64,000 bases of DNA from Candidatus Krumholzibacteriota bacterium (GCA_963806035.1 CAWDWO010000009.1:28507-92506); one strand, 5' to 3'. Numbered from the stretch's first letter, positions 1 to 10,446 are shown. The notes: generated from the letters alone by a model not told the origin. Made by a program: numbers and translations.

Positions 1-2
1 AT

Positions 3-2942
3 TCAGGAGAGCTGCCCCCCGGGAGTCTCGCCCACCGGGTTCTGAGTGAAGCTGAGAACCGAAAGAGCGGCGGGTTGTCCGAGTTCTCGGATGGCCCACT
101 CGTAGCGGGAATGCTGACAGGCCAAGAGCAGTACCTGTTGTTTGTCGGCAACGGTCGAGAGCAGCATCTTCAATCCGGCAATCAATCTTGCGTCGTCGGC
201 GTGGGCGAAGGGGTCATCAAGAATCAGCGGCAGGGAACCCTCATCCCCGCTCAGAAGGTGGCTCACCGCCAAGCGCGCCGCGAGGTACACGCCGTCCCGG
301 GCCCCCGCGCTGAGCTGCTGATCTACCTCGACCTTGGTCAAGAGCTTCTGCTCGTGCATCAATTCAAACTCGAGATTCTCGTTGAAGTGAATGTCGCGAC
401 TGCCCGTGCCCAGCCGCCCGAGGAGGACCTGGGCTTCCTGGTTGAGCTGGATTGCCCAGGCCGCGTAGGTTTCACGCGATATTTCGTTGAGCGCATCGTG
501 AGCCAGAGTCACCGCGTTCTTGAACTCTTGGGCGCGGCGCCGGGCCGCGCGCAGCTCTTCGAGCCGCGCATTCAGTGGCCCCACTTTCTCCTCGTAGTGG
601 CGCAGAAATGCCCTGACCGTGGTGAGGGAGTCCTCGCGTCTCTGGGCTTCGAGCTGATCCTGCTCCGTGAGTTCACGCTCTCGATCCTCGAGTTTCTCGC
701 GCAGCTCCCGGACGCTCAGCTCGGCGGGGAGAGTGATCTCCTGCGTCGACTCGATCGCGTGAACCGGCGCATCGTCCGCGTGAACCGGCGCATCGTCCGC
801 GTGAGCCCTCAGCGCGGATTCGGCCTCTTGCACACTCTGCCGCAGCTCCGCCAGAGTCCCCTCGCCGGGGGTGCTCTCTTTGAGCTTGGGTAGGCTGAGG
901 TTGCGCCGGGATCTCGCTTCTTCTGCCGCCCTCGTTTTCTCCTTCAACTTGCGCGCGCTCTGATGCGCGTCGTCTTCGTCGAGAAGCTCCACCAGGCAGC
1001 GTTCGAGGGCTTCCCGCGCCTGAGTCCGGCGCTCCTTCAGGGCCTGGTCCTTCTCCTCGGCAAGTTCGCGGCGACTCCGCGCATTGGCCTCCGCCACCTC
1101 CGCCGCCGCGGTGAGCTTCATCACTTCGCGCAGCTCATTCAGCTTCTGCTCGAGCTCGTCCGCCTTGGGTTTGCCTCCAAAGACTTCCCAAGCCTCGCTC
1201 ACGCTCTTCAGCGTTTCTTCCTCTTGCTTTTCGCACTCGAGCTGGCGTTCGTCGATCCCCGCCAGAGTATCCAGGTTACGCTCAACCAGCCGCAGCGACT
1301 GATAGCGCGTGTAGAGCTCGTCGGTGGGAATGCCCAGACGATAGGCGAGATCCTGCCAGGCCAGTTCGTGCTCCTGGTTCCTCTCTTCGATTTCGTGCAC
1401 TTTTTTACTGCCATCTGCCACTCGACCGGCGGCAACCGATTCCTCTTCCGCACGCATGCCCTTGGCGCTCACGAGGAAGTAGAGGCCCAGAGTGATCACG
1501 GCCCCTGCCAGATAGGGGAGAAAGCTCGTGATCGAAGCGAAGCTCTGCGGAAGAAGGAGTCCGGTGGCGAGGAGTGCAGCACCCACCGCGGCGGTGACGC
1601 CTCCCCATCTTCTCCTTCGCATTCGCGCTGCACGGATTTCGTCGAGCTGCCGCTGCCACAGCGAAAGGTCCTGCCGTGAGTTTTCCCTCAGCTCGTCGAT
1701 CTCGAGGTCCCTGCGGGTGTGACTCTGCAGGAGTTCACGGTCTTCCTCGGTGAGGTACTGCAGCGCCTCGAGCATGGTGCTGGCCTGATCGGGATCGAAA
1801 CCCTCTTCGCGGATCGCCTCGCGTTCCCGCTGTGCCCGCTCTTCCAGGCGCTCCCGATCCTTGCGAATGTCTTTCAGACGAGCGCTGGCGTTCGAGAACG
1901 CCTCGACATCTTCCGCGCGGGGCAGGCGCTTCAGGCCAAGTTCATCACGAGCACGCTGTTTTTCGCCGCATTCGGCTTCGGCCTCGCGCGCGTCCTTGGA
2001 GTAGGATTCCGCGGTTCGCTGGGCCCCCTGCCAGCGGTTACACGCCGTTTCCGCCTCCTGAAAGCTCTCCGGGCTCAGCGCGGCGAGTTCCGCCTCCTCC
2101 TCTACTTTGCGCTGCAACTCCGCCAGCTCTTCCCGCCGCTGCTCGAGCGCGGCGAGCTCCTCCTCGAGCTCGCGCAATCGCAGACGCAGGCGCGCTCTCT
2201 CGATCGCTCCGCGCAGGGCCTGTCGCTCCTGCTTGCGTGACTCGCTCTTTCGCAGCGCTTCGATGCGATCGCTCAGGGCTTGGCGTTGCTCATGAAGCTC
2301 GCCGAGCTCGTTCTCGATGTCCGCGATATCCTTGTCACAGCGCGCGATCTCCGTTTCGACCTTGCCCTTGCCGGCCAGAGTGGTGCCCTCGTATTCGGCC
2401 AGGCCCTTTTCCAGGGCGCGCAGCGCGGCGGCCGCCGTCGATTCGAGCGATTGCGAATCGGCCATGCGCTGAATGGCCTCGCTCAGGCCCGAGGCATCCC
2501 CCCAGCCGACTTCGCCCTGGCGGATGAACGCACTGTGCAGAAAGTGTTCGCGGGAGATTCCGAGCAGCAGCTCGCCGACCTGCACGTGTTTTCCGCTGCG
2601 AAAGCGGTCGCTGATGTTCTCGCCCGCCGCGAGCACGCGCACCGAATCCTCGCGGAAATCCCGCTCGATGGTGAGTTCCTCCGCGCCGTGCCGCAGGCGC
2701 AGCACCAGGCCGTAGGGCCCTCCGTCCCAGGGACGGTAGACCTCCCACTCACTCAGCTTGCCCTTGGCGCGCCGCCTGTCCTTGTTCAGACCGTAGAGCG
2801 CGGCGAGAATTGCCTCCATCAGCGTGGTCTTGCCCGCCTCGTTGCGCTCGAGCAAAAGACCGAGCTTGCCCGCGCCGGGATCGAGGGAGTACTCCCCGCG
2901 GAGTTGGCCGAATCCCTTGATGCTCAGCTGCAGAATGCGCAT
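3..2942 (-). CDS. Rad50/SbcC-like (YhaN/AAA_27-type) coiled-coil ATPase with central hydrophobic hairpin
   Basis: N-terminal 'MRILQLSIKGFGQL', Walker A 'RNEAGKTT', long coiled coil, C-terminal signature 'LSAGARD' and Walker B 'LILDDPF'. Overlaps the upstream nuclease gene by 1 nt. Confidence 0.85.
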   Translation of the reverse strand: MRILQLSIKGFGQLRGEYSLDPGAGKLGLLLERNEAGKTTLMEAILAALYGLNKDRRRAKGKLSEWEVYRPWDGGPYGLVLRLRHGAEELTIERDFREDSVRVLAAGENISDRFRSGKHVQVGELLLGISREHFLHSAFIRQGEVGWGDASGLSEAIQRMADSQSLESTAAAALRALEKGLAEYEGTTLAGKGKVETEIARCDKDIADIENELGELHEQRQALSDRIEALRKSESRKQERQALRGAIERARLRLRLRELEEELAALEQRREELAELQRKVEEEAELAALSPESFQEAETACNRWQGAQRTAESYSKDAREAEAECGEKQRARDELGLKRLPRAEDVEAFSNASARLKDIRKDRERLEERAQREREAIREEGFDPDQASTMLEALQYLTEEDRELLQSHTRRDLEIDELRENSRQDLSLWQRQLDEIRAARMRRRRWGGVTAAVGAALLATGLLLPQSFASITSFLPYLAGAVITLGLYFLVSAKGMRAEEESVAAGRVADGSKKVHEIEERNQEHELAWQDLAYRLGIPTDELYTRYQSLRLVERNLDTLAGIDERQLECEKQEEETLKSVSEAWEVFGGKPKADELEQKLNELREVMKLTAAAEVAEANARSRRELAEEKDQALKERRTQAREALERCLVELLDEDDAHQSARKLKEKTRAAEEARSRRNLSLPKLKESTPGEGTLAELRQSVQEAESALRAHADDAPVHADDAPVHAIESTQEITLPAELSVRELREKLEDRERELTEQDQLEAQRREDSLTTVRAFLRHYEEKVGPLNARLEELRAARRRAQEFKNAVTLAHDALNEISRETYAAWAIQLNQEAQVLLGRLGTGSRDIHFNENLEFELMHEQKLLTKVEVDQQLSAGARDGVYLAARLAVSHLLSGDEGSLPLILDDPFAHADDARLIAGLKMLLSTVADKQQVLLLACQHSRYEWAIRELGQPAALSVLSFTQNPVGETPGGQLS
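756..804. repeat. In-frame 21-bp tandem duplication (about 2.3 copies) encoding HADDAPV-HADDAPV-HA
   Basis: cgcgtgaaccggcgcatcgtc repeated exactly at 756-776 and 777-797, then a partial copy. Confidence 0.9.
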
Positions 2943-4138
2943 TAGGCCTCGTAGTGGCTGTCCAAACGCCCCGTGGAAAGAGCATCCAGGCCGTAGAGCA
3001 GCGCGCGACGCACGGTCTCGGCCTCCTCCCCCTCGCTCTCCTTCAGCCGCTGGCGCAACTGCGCCACGAAGCGCTCCTCGGTGGTGCGAGCTTCGCTGAG
3101 CGGAGGATAGCGGTCCAGATCGACGTCCGGCGTGAGATGAGAGAGGTCGCTCACGAAGTGGAAATAGCGCGAGGCGATCTCTTCGAGAAAGCCGAGTTCG
3201 AGTCCTCGCGCGCGCCGCCCCGAGAGTTTGAGGTACACCAGGTCCTGCTCACGCGCGCCGCTCTGTCCCAGAGCTTCTTCCACTCTGGCCTGCGCGGCGT
3301 CCATGTACCTACAGGACGAGAGTTCGCAGTCGACCACGCGAAGCTCTCGAGGATCCAGCGGTACGAACTCCGGATGGGGGCCGGATTCGTCGAGTTCCAC
3401 CACGAGCGCGCCCTTCTGGCCGAGTTCGTCCAGGCCCGCGGCCAGGAGGCTGCCGCTGTAGGCTCCGATCGCTACGCCGCTCGCACCGTGAAGAACTTGG
3501 TGCTGGTGGTAGTGCCCCAGGGCGGTCCAGGCAAAACCCTGCGCGCGCAGTTCATCCTCGCTGAAGGGGTAGGTCGCCTTCTGGCTCTGCAGATAGCCGC
3601 CGTCGTCACGGCTGCCGTGGAAAAGAAGGATCGGAATTTCACTCCGCGGCCGCTCGACGGGACTCGCCAATCGGCGCAGGCTGCTCGGCAGATTCGCCGC
3701 CACTCCACAGGCGGTGACCGAAATTTCCGGCCGCTGGGGCCACGGCACGCTGCGAAAATCCTCGTGCGCGAAGAGCTGTACGTTCTCCGGCCAGCGGAAG
3801 TCGCGCGTCCCCTCGCCCTGTTCCTGGCGGTACGGGGAGACCCCTCCGTAGGCGTCGTGGTTGCCGGGGGCCAAAAAGACCGGTTTGGGAGCAATCGAAG
3901 CCAGAGTTTCGGCCACGAAGCGCAGGGTGTCGCTCTTGACCAGTTCGTCGTCGAAGAGGTCGCCGGGAATCAGGACACCGTCCAGATTCCGTTCCTTTAC
4001 CAGCGCAAAGGCGGCGCGGAAGGCCTCGCGCCGCTCGCGTTCGCGCTGGGAGGCCCTGCGCGAATCCAGGCGCAGCTTGCCGGCGCGAAGAGGGGCGTCG
4101 AAATGAACGTCGGAGAGTTGCAGGAATCTCAAACTCAC
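2942..4138 (-). CDS. Mre11/SbcD-like metallophosphoesterase nuclease (YhaO-type)
   Basis: Motifs 'SDVH', 'GDLFD', 'PGNHD', 'LFHG', 'ALGHYH', 'AYSGS'; directly upstream of the Rad50-like ATPase. Confidence 0.9.
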   Translation of the reverse strand: MSLRFLQLSDVHFDAPLRAGKLRLDSRRASQRERERREAFRAAFALVKERNLDGVLIPGDLFDDELVKSDTLRFVAETLASIAPKPVFLAPGNHDAYGGVSPYRQEQGEGTRDFRWPENVQLFAHEDFRSVPWPQRPEISVTACGVAANLPSSLRRLASPVERPRSEIPILLFHGSRDDGGYLQSQKATYPFSEDELRAQGFAWTALGHYHQHQVLHGASGVAIGAYSGSLLAAGLDELGQKGALVVELDESGPHPEFVPLDPRELRVVDCELSSCRYMDAAQARVEEALGQSGAREQDLVYLKLSGRRARGLELGFLEEIASRYFHFVSDLSHLTPDVDLDRYPPLSEARTTEERFVAQLRQRLKESEGEEAETVRRALLYGLDALSTGRLDSHYEA

Positions 4139-4216
4139 GGCGAAGGGCCTTTCGAAACGAAACCCGGCGACCGTGAGTACGGCCGCCGGATTCTCAGGGG
4201 CTTCCGTCTTCCCCCG

Positions 4217-5620
4217 TCAACGCGTTCGCATCTGTTGTCTGGAGAAATAGTCCTTCGTCAGCCTGACTAAAACTCCCGAGAGTGCGAACACGCCAATCAA
4301 ATTGGGCAACGACATGAGCCCGAGCGTGATGTCCGCGAAATTCCAGACCAGCTCGAGGGACCAGATCGCACCCAGGAACTGAAAGACCACGAAAACCCAA
4401 CGATAGATGGGCCGGGCCTGTGCGCCCCAAAGGTAATCAACGGCTCGATCACCATAGTAGGACCAAGTCACCGATGTAGAAAAAGCATAAAATGGAATCG
4501 AGAGAGTAACAATGTATTTTCCGTATTCCCCGAGCAGCGGATGAAGTCCTTTGGTGAATGCCCACGAGGTGAGAACTGCCCCATTGAGCGCTTCGCCCGT
4601 CACCGGATCCACTGCTTCGCGCCATGAGTTCGTGAGAATGATCACGAGTCCCGTCATGGTGCAGATGACGAGGGTATCGATGAAGGGCCCCGCCATCGCC
4701 ACCAGCCCCTCGCGCACCGGTTCCTTCGTCTTGGCCGCGGCATGCGCGATGGGCGCGCTTCCCTGACCCGCTTCGTTGGAGAACAGCCCCCGCTTGATTC
4801 CCCATTGCAGGGTGATCGCCACGGTAGCGCCGACGAATCCGCCGGCGGCCGCGGTGGGATGGAAGGCCTCGTAGACGATGAGACGCAAGGAGGGCAGGAT
4901 CTCGTGGTAGTTGAGCGCCAGCAGGGTCACGGCGCCCCCCACGTAAAACACCGACATGAAGGGCACGAGACGGCTCGCGACCTGACCGATGCGCTTGATG
5001 CCGCCCACGATGACCAGGGCGAGCAGCGCGGCCAGAACCACTCCGGTGATCCAGGTGGGCACGCCCAGATCGGCCTGGAGATTGCCCGCGACAGTATTGC
5101 TCTGGACGATGTTGGCCGAGCCCATGCTGGCCACCACGGTCAAAAACGCGAAGCTGACCGCCATCCACTTCCAGCGCGGTCCCAGGCCCTTTTCGATGAA
5201 GTACATCGCCCCGCCCGCCGCCGAGCCGTCGGGCTGGATATCGCGAAAGTGATGGGACAGGGTGCACTCGGCGTACTTGGTGGCCATGCCCACGAAGGCG
5301 GAGACCCACATCCAGAACAGTGCGCCGGGTCCTCCGATGTGCATGGCGGTGGCGACGCCAGCGATGTTCCCGATCCCGATGGTCGCGCTGAGTGCCGCGG
5401 AGAGCGCCTGGAAGTGGTTGATGTCCCCCTCATCCTCGGGGTTGTCGTACTTGCCACGAATGATGTTGAAGGCATGCTTGAAATGGCGCAACTGAATGAA
5501 GCGCGACAATAGGGTGAGGTAGATGCCTCCCCCCAGAATGAGGATGATCAGCGGAAGTCCCCACAAGAAGTTCGAGATGCTCTTCAGAATGATGGTGATT
5601 TCTTGGAGCATGCGGGACAA
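4217..5620 (-). CDS. Alanine/glycine:cation symporter (AGCS family)
   Basis: 'FQALSAALSATIGIGNIAGVA', 'GGPGALFWMW', 'RGLFSNEAGQGSAPIAHA'; many TM segments. Confidence 0.93.
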   Translation of the reverse strand: MSRMLQEITIILKSISNFLWGLPLIILILGGGIYLTLLSRFIQLRHFKHAFNIIRGKYDNPEDEGDINHFQALSAALSATIGIGNIAGVATAMHIGGPGALFWMWVSAFVGMATKYAECTLSHHFRDIQPDGSAAGGAMYFIEKGLGPRWKWMAVSFAFLTVVASMGSANIVQSNTVAGNLQADLGVPTWITGVVLAALLALVIVGGIKRIGQVASRLVPFMSVFYVGGAVTLLALNYHEILPSLRLIVYEAFHPTAAAGGFVGATVAITLQWGIKRGLFSNEAGQGSAPIAHAAAKTKEPVREGLVAMAGPFIDTLVICTMTGLVIILTNSWREAVDPVTGEALNGAVLTSWAFTKGLHPLLGEYGKYIVTLSIPFYAFSTSVTWSYYGDRAVDYLWGAQARPIYRWVFVVFQFLGAIWSLELVWNFADITLGLMSLPNLIGVFALSGVLVRLTKDYFSRQQMRTR

Positions 5621-5668
5621 GCGGGGCGTGTTCGGGGAAATCCGCGCGCTTTCGCGAAACGCTCAGGA

Positions 5669-5698
5669 AAAGTAACCCGCCCACTCGCGAGGGGTCAA
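5669..5698 (-). promoter_or_regulatory. Possible sigma70-type promoter for the AGCS gene
   Basis: Minus strand TTGACC-N18-TACTTT, about 50 bp upstream of the start. Confidence 0.35.
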
Positions 5699-5723
5699 GC
5701 GTTCCCGGTGCGAGGGCGGGCCT

Positions 5724-8029
5724 TCACAGCCGAATCGCGTAGCTCAGTTTCACGGTGAGATCGCCGCGGCGCGGGGCGAAATTCTGTTCGTTGTCGGTCC
5801 GTTCATCGGTGAACACCAGGTAGAAATCGCTCTCGTCGCCAAAGAGATAGTGTAGACGCGCCTGGCTCAGAACTGCGTTCGAAGCGCTGTTCCATTGCGA
5901 AAACAGCGCCAGGCTGAGCGAATTCGAGAAGTCCAGCGCGAGCCGCGCACGCACGATCTTGGCGCGAAAACGCTGCTCGACGCCGCTCGGAAGATCGTCG
6001 CGGTGCAAGCGGTGGCTCTCCCCCTGAAGCGAGAGTGCCAGATGAGGCGCGAGCCTTCCCGTTGCCTCCGCGCTCAGACTGTTGAGGGTGCCGTCGAAGT
6101 AGTCCCCCAGTTCGCCTTCGGCCTTCAGAGCAAAGGGAAGCGAGGGATTGGAGCCGAGGCTGAATCCCACCCGGTGGAAGTGATAGTCCCCCTGGGGAAA
6201 GGCGACCTCGCCCAGGGGAAATTCCTCGAAGAGCCGCTCGAAGGAGTCGCTGAGGTAGAGCGAGAGGACCTGATCGTCGCGGCCGATGAGGTTGCCCTGC
6301 AGCCACAGGTTGCGTGAGGAGAAGGTGCCGTCCCGCCGATCGATCCACTCGCCGTACACGAAGGTCTCGGCGCTGCGCAACAGTCCCCAGTTGGGTTCGG
6401 GCGTCCACCCCAGCTCGGTGATGTGGCGCTCGATGTCCCGGCGCGGCAAAAATCCCACCCTTGGCGAGTAGTCGCGCCCGTAGACCTCGTAAATGTAGTT
6501 TCCGTAGTACAGAGGGCGACTGTAACGGACCCGCGCGCCCCAGCTGCCATGATCGGGGCCCGCGCGGGGTTGATCGGAGAAGGCCTGCGGATCGTTGAAG
6601 AGCCCCTCTTTGCTCTCGTTGCTGAAGGAGCCATAGGCGGCGATGTCCAGGTCTTCGCCGGGCCTCAGGTCACAGTCCAGCCCGAAGACGCGGTTGTAGA
6701 TGCTTCCCCCCTGGGCCGCTCGGGAGACGAAAATCCCCCCCACTCGATTGCGCTGCCCGATGTCCCGGCTCACTCGCGCCACGTCGAAACGATAGTCCGG
6801 CGACTCCGCGCGCCCTTTGGACTTCAGATCGAGAAATCCCAGATCGGTTCGGCCCAGCTTTCCCGTGAGACGGGTACCGTACTCGATGGGAACCGTCTCG
6901 AAATTCGGGTTGAGACCGATACGACGGCTGAAAAAAGCGCGGTTGTCCGGCGAGCCGAAGGAAAAGTAGTCGCGGTTCTCCAGGAAGAACTCGCGCTTTT
7001 CCGGGTAGTAGAGGGGAAAGCGGGTGAGATTCACCTGCTCGTCGTCGACCTCGACCTGCGCGAAATCGGTGTTCACGGTGACGTCGAGGGTCAGATTGGA
7101 GGAGAGTCCCAGCTTGAGGTCGTAGCCCACCGCTCCATCGGTCGACCAGTCGTCATGGCTGAAGGCCGAGGGGTCGCCGGCGTCCCCGCGCGCGAGTGAC
7201 CCCAACACGTAGGGGCGCAGCAGGATGTTGCTTCCCGGCGCGATGTCCGTTAGCCCCTGAAGGACGCCGGCCTGACTCACGCGCATGATGTCGAAATGCC
7301 GCCCGATGGGGGCCCACATGCTCTGTTCGTTGCCCAGGCGGCGCTGCCGTTCGAAATTGATTCCCATGCTGAGAGTACTTGCCGAGGAAAAACGCAGGGT
7401 CCGCCACGGGATCTCGATTTCTCCCTGCCAGCCCTCGTCGGTCAGACGGCACGCCGCGCTCCACACTCCATCCCAGTCGACGTTGAATTGATCGCTCGCC
7501 CCCTCGGCGCGAAAGAGCGCGTCACGACGCATTCCGTTGGGATTCACCTGGAAGAAGAAACCGTTCTGCAGGTCGTGGTAGGTATCCAAGACCACCGTGA
7601 AGTCAGTCGTCGGCCGAAATGTCCGCGTCGCGCCCGAGGACGCGATGGACGATCTCCTGCGGATGATCGTCGAAACAGACGAAACCCAGATAGAGCGCGC
7701 GAGTGGTGTAGACGATCGCCACCCTCGTGGGCTGGCTCGCGGGCTCTCCGCTCTGCGGGCGTTGCTGCACGAAACCGCTCGCGACCGCAGCCTCTTTCCA
7801 GAGCGGTTCATCCAGGATTCCGTCGATTCTGGGCGCATCGCTGACGCGCACCGCGCGCAGGGGAGCGCACGGCCAGAAGCTCGCTCTCCGGCGAACTCAT
7901 CGCGCGCTCTGGGTCCTTGGCCAGGGAATCGCAGCTGAAGAGGCAAGAGTAGAGCGCGAGGAGCAAGAGCAGAAACGGCCCACGCGCTTGGGAGAGCTTC
8001 TTCAAGCGAGAAAGAACGAACGTCATCAA
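5724..8029 (-). pseudogene. DUF5916 / CBM9-like outer-membrane protein split over three reading frames (pseudogene or assembly indels)
   Basis: Signal peptide in ORF 7808-8029. CBM9-like N-terminus 'RVSDAPRIDGILDEPLW...ALYLGFVCFD' in ORF 7603-7851. Remainder 'DFTVVLDTYHD...NTDFAQVEVD...RFPLYYPEKREFFLE...FFSRRIG' in ORF 5724-7946. Confidence 0.75.
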
Positions 8030-8043
8030 GACCCCTCGGCCGC

Positions 8044-10446
8044 CTACTTGAACCCTGGGGGCACGGGAAGGCTGGGATCCAGCTCGCGGGCCTTCAAGAT
8101 GGCCTGGCGCGCCTCCTCCTTCTTGCCCTGCATGGCCAGGATGGCTCCGAGCTGGAGTCTCGAGGTGCCGTCGTTCGGTAACTGCTTCACCACCTGACGC
8201 GCCAGCTTTTCCGCCTCGGCGAGCCGGCCCATCTGGGCGTAGATCGCGGCGAGCTGGCTTCGTGCGTCCACCATTGTCGGATCCAGCTCGAGCACCTTCT
8301 CGAATGCCTCGGCTCCGGCGGCCATGTTTCCCGCCATGAGATTCGCCATCCCGAGATTGCCCCAGATTTCCGGATCATTCAACTTTGGAGCGGCCTCTTG
8401 CAGAAGTTTCAGCCCCTCCTGCACCTTGCCCGCCTTCAGGGCGGCGCTGCCGAGCTGCCCCTTCGATTCGGGAGTGGAGAGCATGTCGTGCTGCTTCAAG
8501 AGCTCCTGGGCCTGCTGTTCCTGGCCCGTTTGGATGAGCAGGCCGCTCAGGGTCTGCAGCGCGTCCGTCAGCTCGGGGTTCAGTTGCAGCGCTCTCTCCA
8601 AGTTTTCGCGCGCCGGCGCCATCTTGCCCTGATCCTTGAGCATCGCACCCTTGAAGTAGTAGAGATCGGCCAGGCGGGGATTCATGGTCAGAGCTTTGTC
8701 GATCGCGGCCTCTGCCTCATCGTCGCGGCCGGCCTTGTGCAGGGCGAAACCGCGCGCGCCCACCAGAAAGGGCGATTCCGGATGCTGTTTCAGCGCGAGG
8801 TCGAAGGTCTGCAGGACCTTTTGGTTGTCGTGCTTGGCCGCGTAGACCATGGCCAGGTTCTGATAGTTCTGCTCGTTCTCGGGATCCTTTTGGACGAGCT
8901 CTTGATAAATTTCTCGTGCCTCATCCAGACGCCCGGTCTTCGCATAGGTCAAGGCGAGGTTGCTGAGCGCCTTCAGGTTCTCGGGGTCGTCCTTGAGCAC
9001 GTCCTTCAGGGTCGCGATTGCCTCGTCGTACTTCCCCTGGTTGCACAGGACGATGGACATGTTGATCGCCTGCTCGACGTTGGGCGCGACCACGTCGCTC
9101 CCGTGCGAGTCATCCTTGCCGCCCTTGATGTAACCCAGGGAGCGCAACATATCTTCCATCTTCTCCCCGACTGCCGGATCGACCACGATATCGTCTCCCC
9201 GATCCCAAGGACCGGTTTCGTAGGTGGCGATCGTTTGGTCGGGATGTGCCTTCTGGTATTCCTCGGTGAAGGCCTCCTTCAACACCCGGCCCTTCATGTC
9301 CTGAGCCACCGGTAAACCGAGAAGATGCAGGACCGTCGGCGCCACGTCGTAGATGTCCGCGCCCTTGATGTCGTCTCCCGGACGGATGCCCGGTCCATTG
9401 AGCAGAACGATGCCGTCGGGCATGTGGCTCTGGTCCGCGGTGTCGATGTTGAATTCCTTTTCCTTCAGACGCTCGGGTCCGGTGCGGAATCCATGGTCGG
9501 AGATGATCATGACCACCGTGTTCTTCCCGCGATGCTGCAGGAGCTCACCCAGGAGCTGATCCTGCCATTTCCAGTAGGCCTCGAGAGTACCGCTGTAACG
9601 CTTGTAATCTTCGTCGCTGACCCAGGACAGCCGTGGCGGCGCATATTCGCTGAAGAGATGTTCGGTAGCGTCGGTCCCTTCGTAATAGATCGCGAAGAAC
9701 TTCGGGTGGTCCTTCTCCAGCAATTCGGAAGCAATCTTCGTGTAGCCCAAACTGGTGGCGATGTTTTCTCTGAGGTGTTGGATCGGACCTCCGTAGGGTC
9801 CGCTCGGTGTCTGATTTTCGAGTTCGCTCTTGCTGCAGTTGATCATCGACAGCATCAGGTCCGAGGAGACCTCTTCGGGCTTGATGAAGTCGCGCCGCAC
9901 ATCGTCCATGAGCTGGGGGGGCCAAGTCTTTCCCGGCACGTCCAGGTTGGTTCCGGTGACCCCGAAGGAGTGGAACGCGACGTAGTCGCTGATCATGAAG
10001 CCCTTCACCGGCTCGACGGGCCAGGTCGCCCACCAGCCGATGACGCCGACGGATATGCCGTGCTCGCTGGCGATGTTCCACAGGGCGCGCACCCAACGGT
10101 TGCGGCTGCTGACCGGGATCTTCGAGCCATCGGGTCCGTCGCTCATGAACCAGGTAACGCCGTGTTGATCGGCGGTCTTCCCCGTCGCAATGCTCGTCCA
10201 GAGGATGGGAGAGAGCATCGGATTATCGGTCTGGAGCCGGCCCCAAGCACCTTCGCTGCGCAAGCGGCTCAGGTTGGGCATCTCACCCTTGGCCATGTAG
10301 GGCTCGAGAATGTCCCAGTCGGCGCCGTCGAAGCCGATGATCCAGAGTTCCGGTTCGCTGCGTGAGGAACAGCCGGTAAAGGTTCCTTGCGAAACGAGCA
10401 GCAGGAGGGAGAACGCGAGCAGCAGTCTTTTGATTGTCATGATCAC
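8044..10446 (-). CDS. Alkaline-phosphatase-superfamily (NPP/sulfatase-like) exported protein or lipoprotein with C-terminal TPR array
   Basis: Signal peptide ending 'FTGC', 'IGFDGADW', 'LSPILWTSIATG', 'ISDHGF', 'DVAPTVLHLLG', 'LRSLGYI', then about 9 TPR-like repeats. Confidence 0.85.
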   Translation of the reverse strand: MIMTIKRLLLAFSLLLLVSQGTFTGCSSRSEPELWIIGFDGADWDILEPYMAKGEMPNLSRLRSEGAWGRLQTDNPMLSPILWTSIATGKTADQHGVTWFMSDGPDGSKIPVSSRNRWVRALWNIASEHGISVGVIGWWATWPVEPVKGFMISDYVAFHSFGVTGTNLDVPGKTWPPQLMDDVRRDFIKPEEVSSDLMLSMINCSKSELENQTPSGPYGGPIQHLRENIATSLGYTKIASELLEKDHPKFFAIYYEGTDATEHLFSEYAPPRLSWVSDEDYKRYSGTLEAYWKWQDQLLGELLQHRGKNTVVMIISDHGFRTGPERLKEKEFNIDTADQSHMPDGIVLLNGPGIRPGDDIKGADIYDVAPTVLHLLGLPVAQDMKGRVLKEAFTEEYQKAHPDQTIATYETGPWDRGDDIVVDPAVGEKMEDMLRSLGYIKGGKDDSHGSDVVAPNVEQAINMSIVLCNQGKYDEAIATLKDVLKDDPENLKALSNLALTYAKTGRLDEAREIYQELVQKDPENEQNYQNLAMVYAAKHDNQKVLQTFDLALKQHPESPFLVGARGFALHKAGRDDEAEAAIDKALTMNPRLADLYYFKGAMLKDQGKMAPARENLERALQLNPELTDALQTLSGLLIQTGQEQQAQELLKQHDMLSTPESKGQLGSAALKAGKVQEGLKLLQEAAPKLNDPEIWGNLGMANLMAGNMAAGAEAFEKVLELDPTMVDARSQLAAIYAQMGRLAEAEKLARQVVKQLPNDGTSRLQLGAILAMQGKKEEARQAILKARELDPSLPVPPGFK

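Noticed and set aside
7598..7612. RF2-like programmed +1 frameshift at GAC-TGA-C
   Set aside because: No slippery re-pairing codon, and a second upstream shift would also be needed; mutation or sequencing error is simpler.
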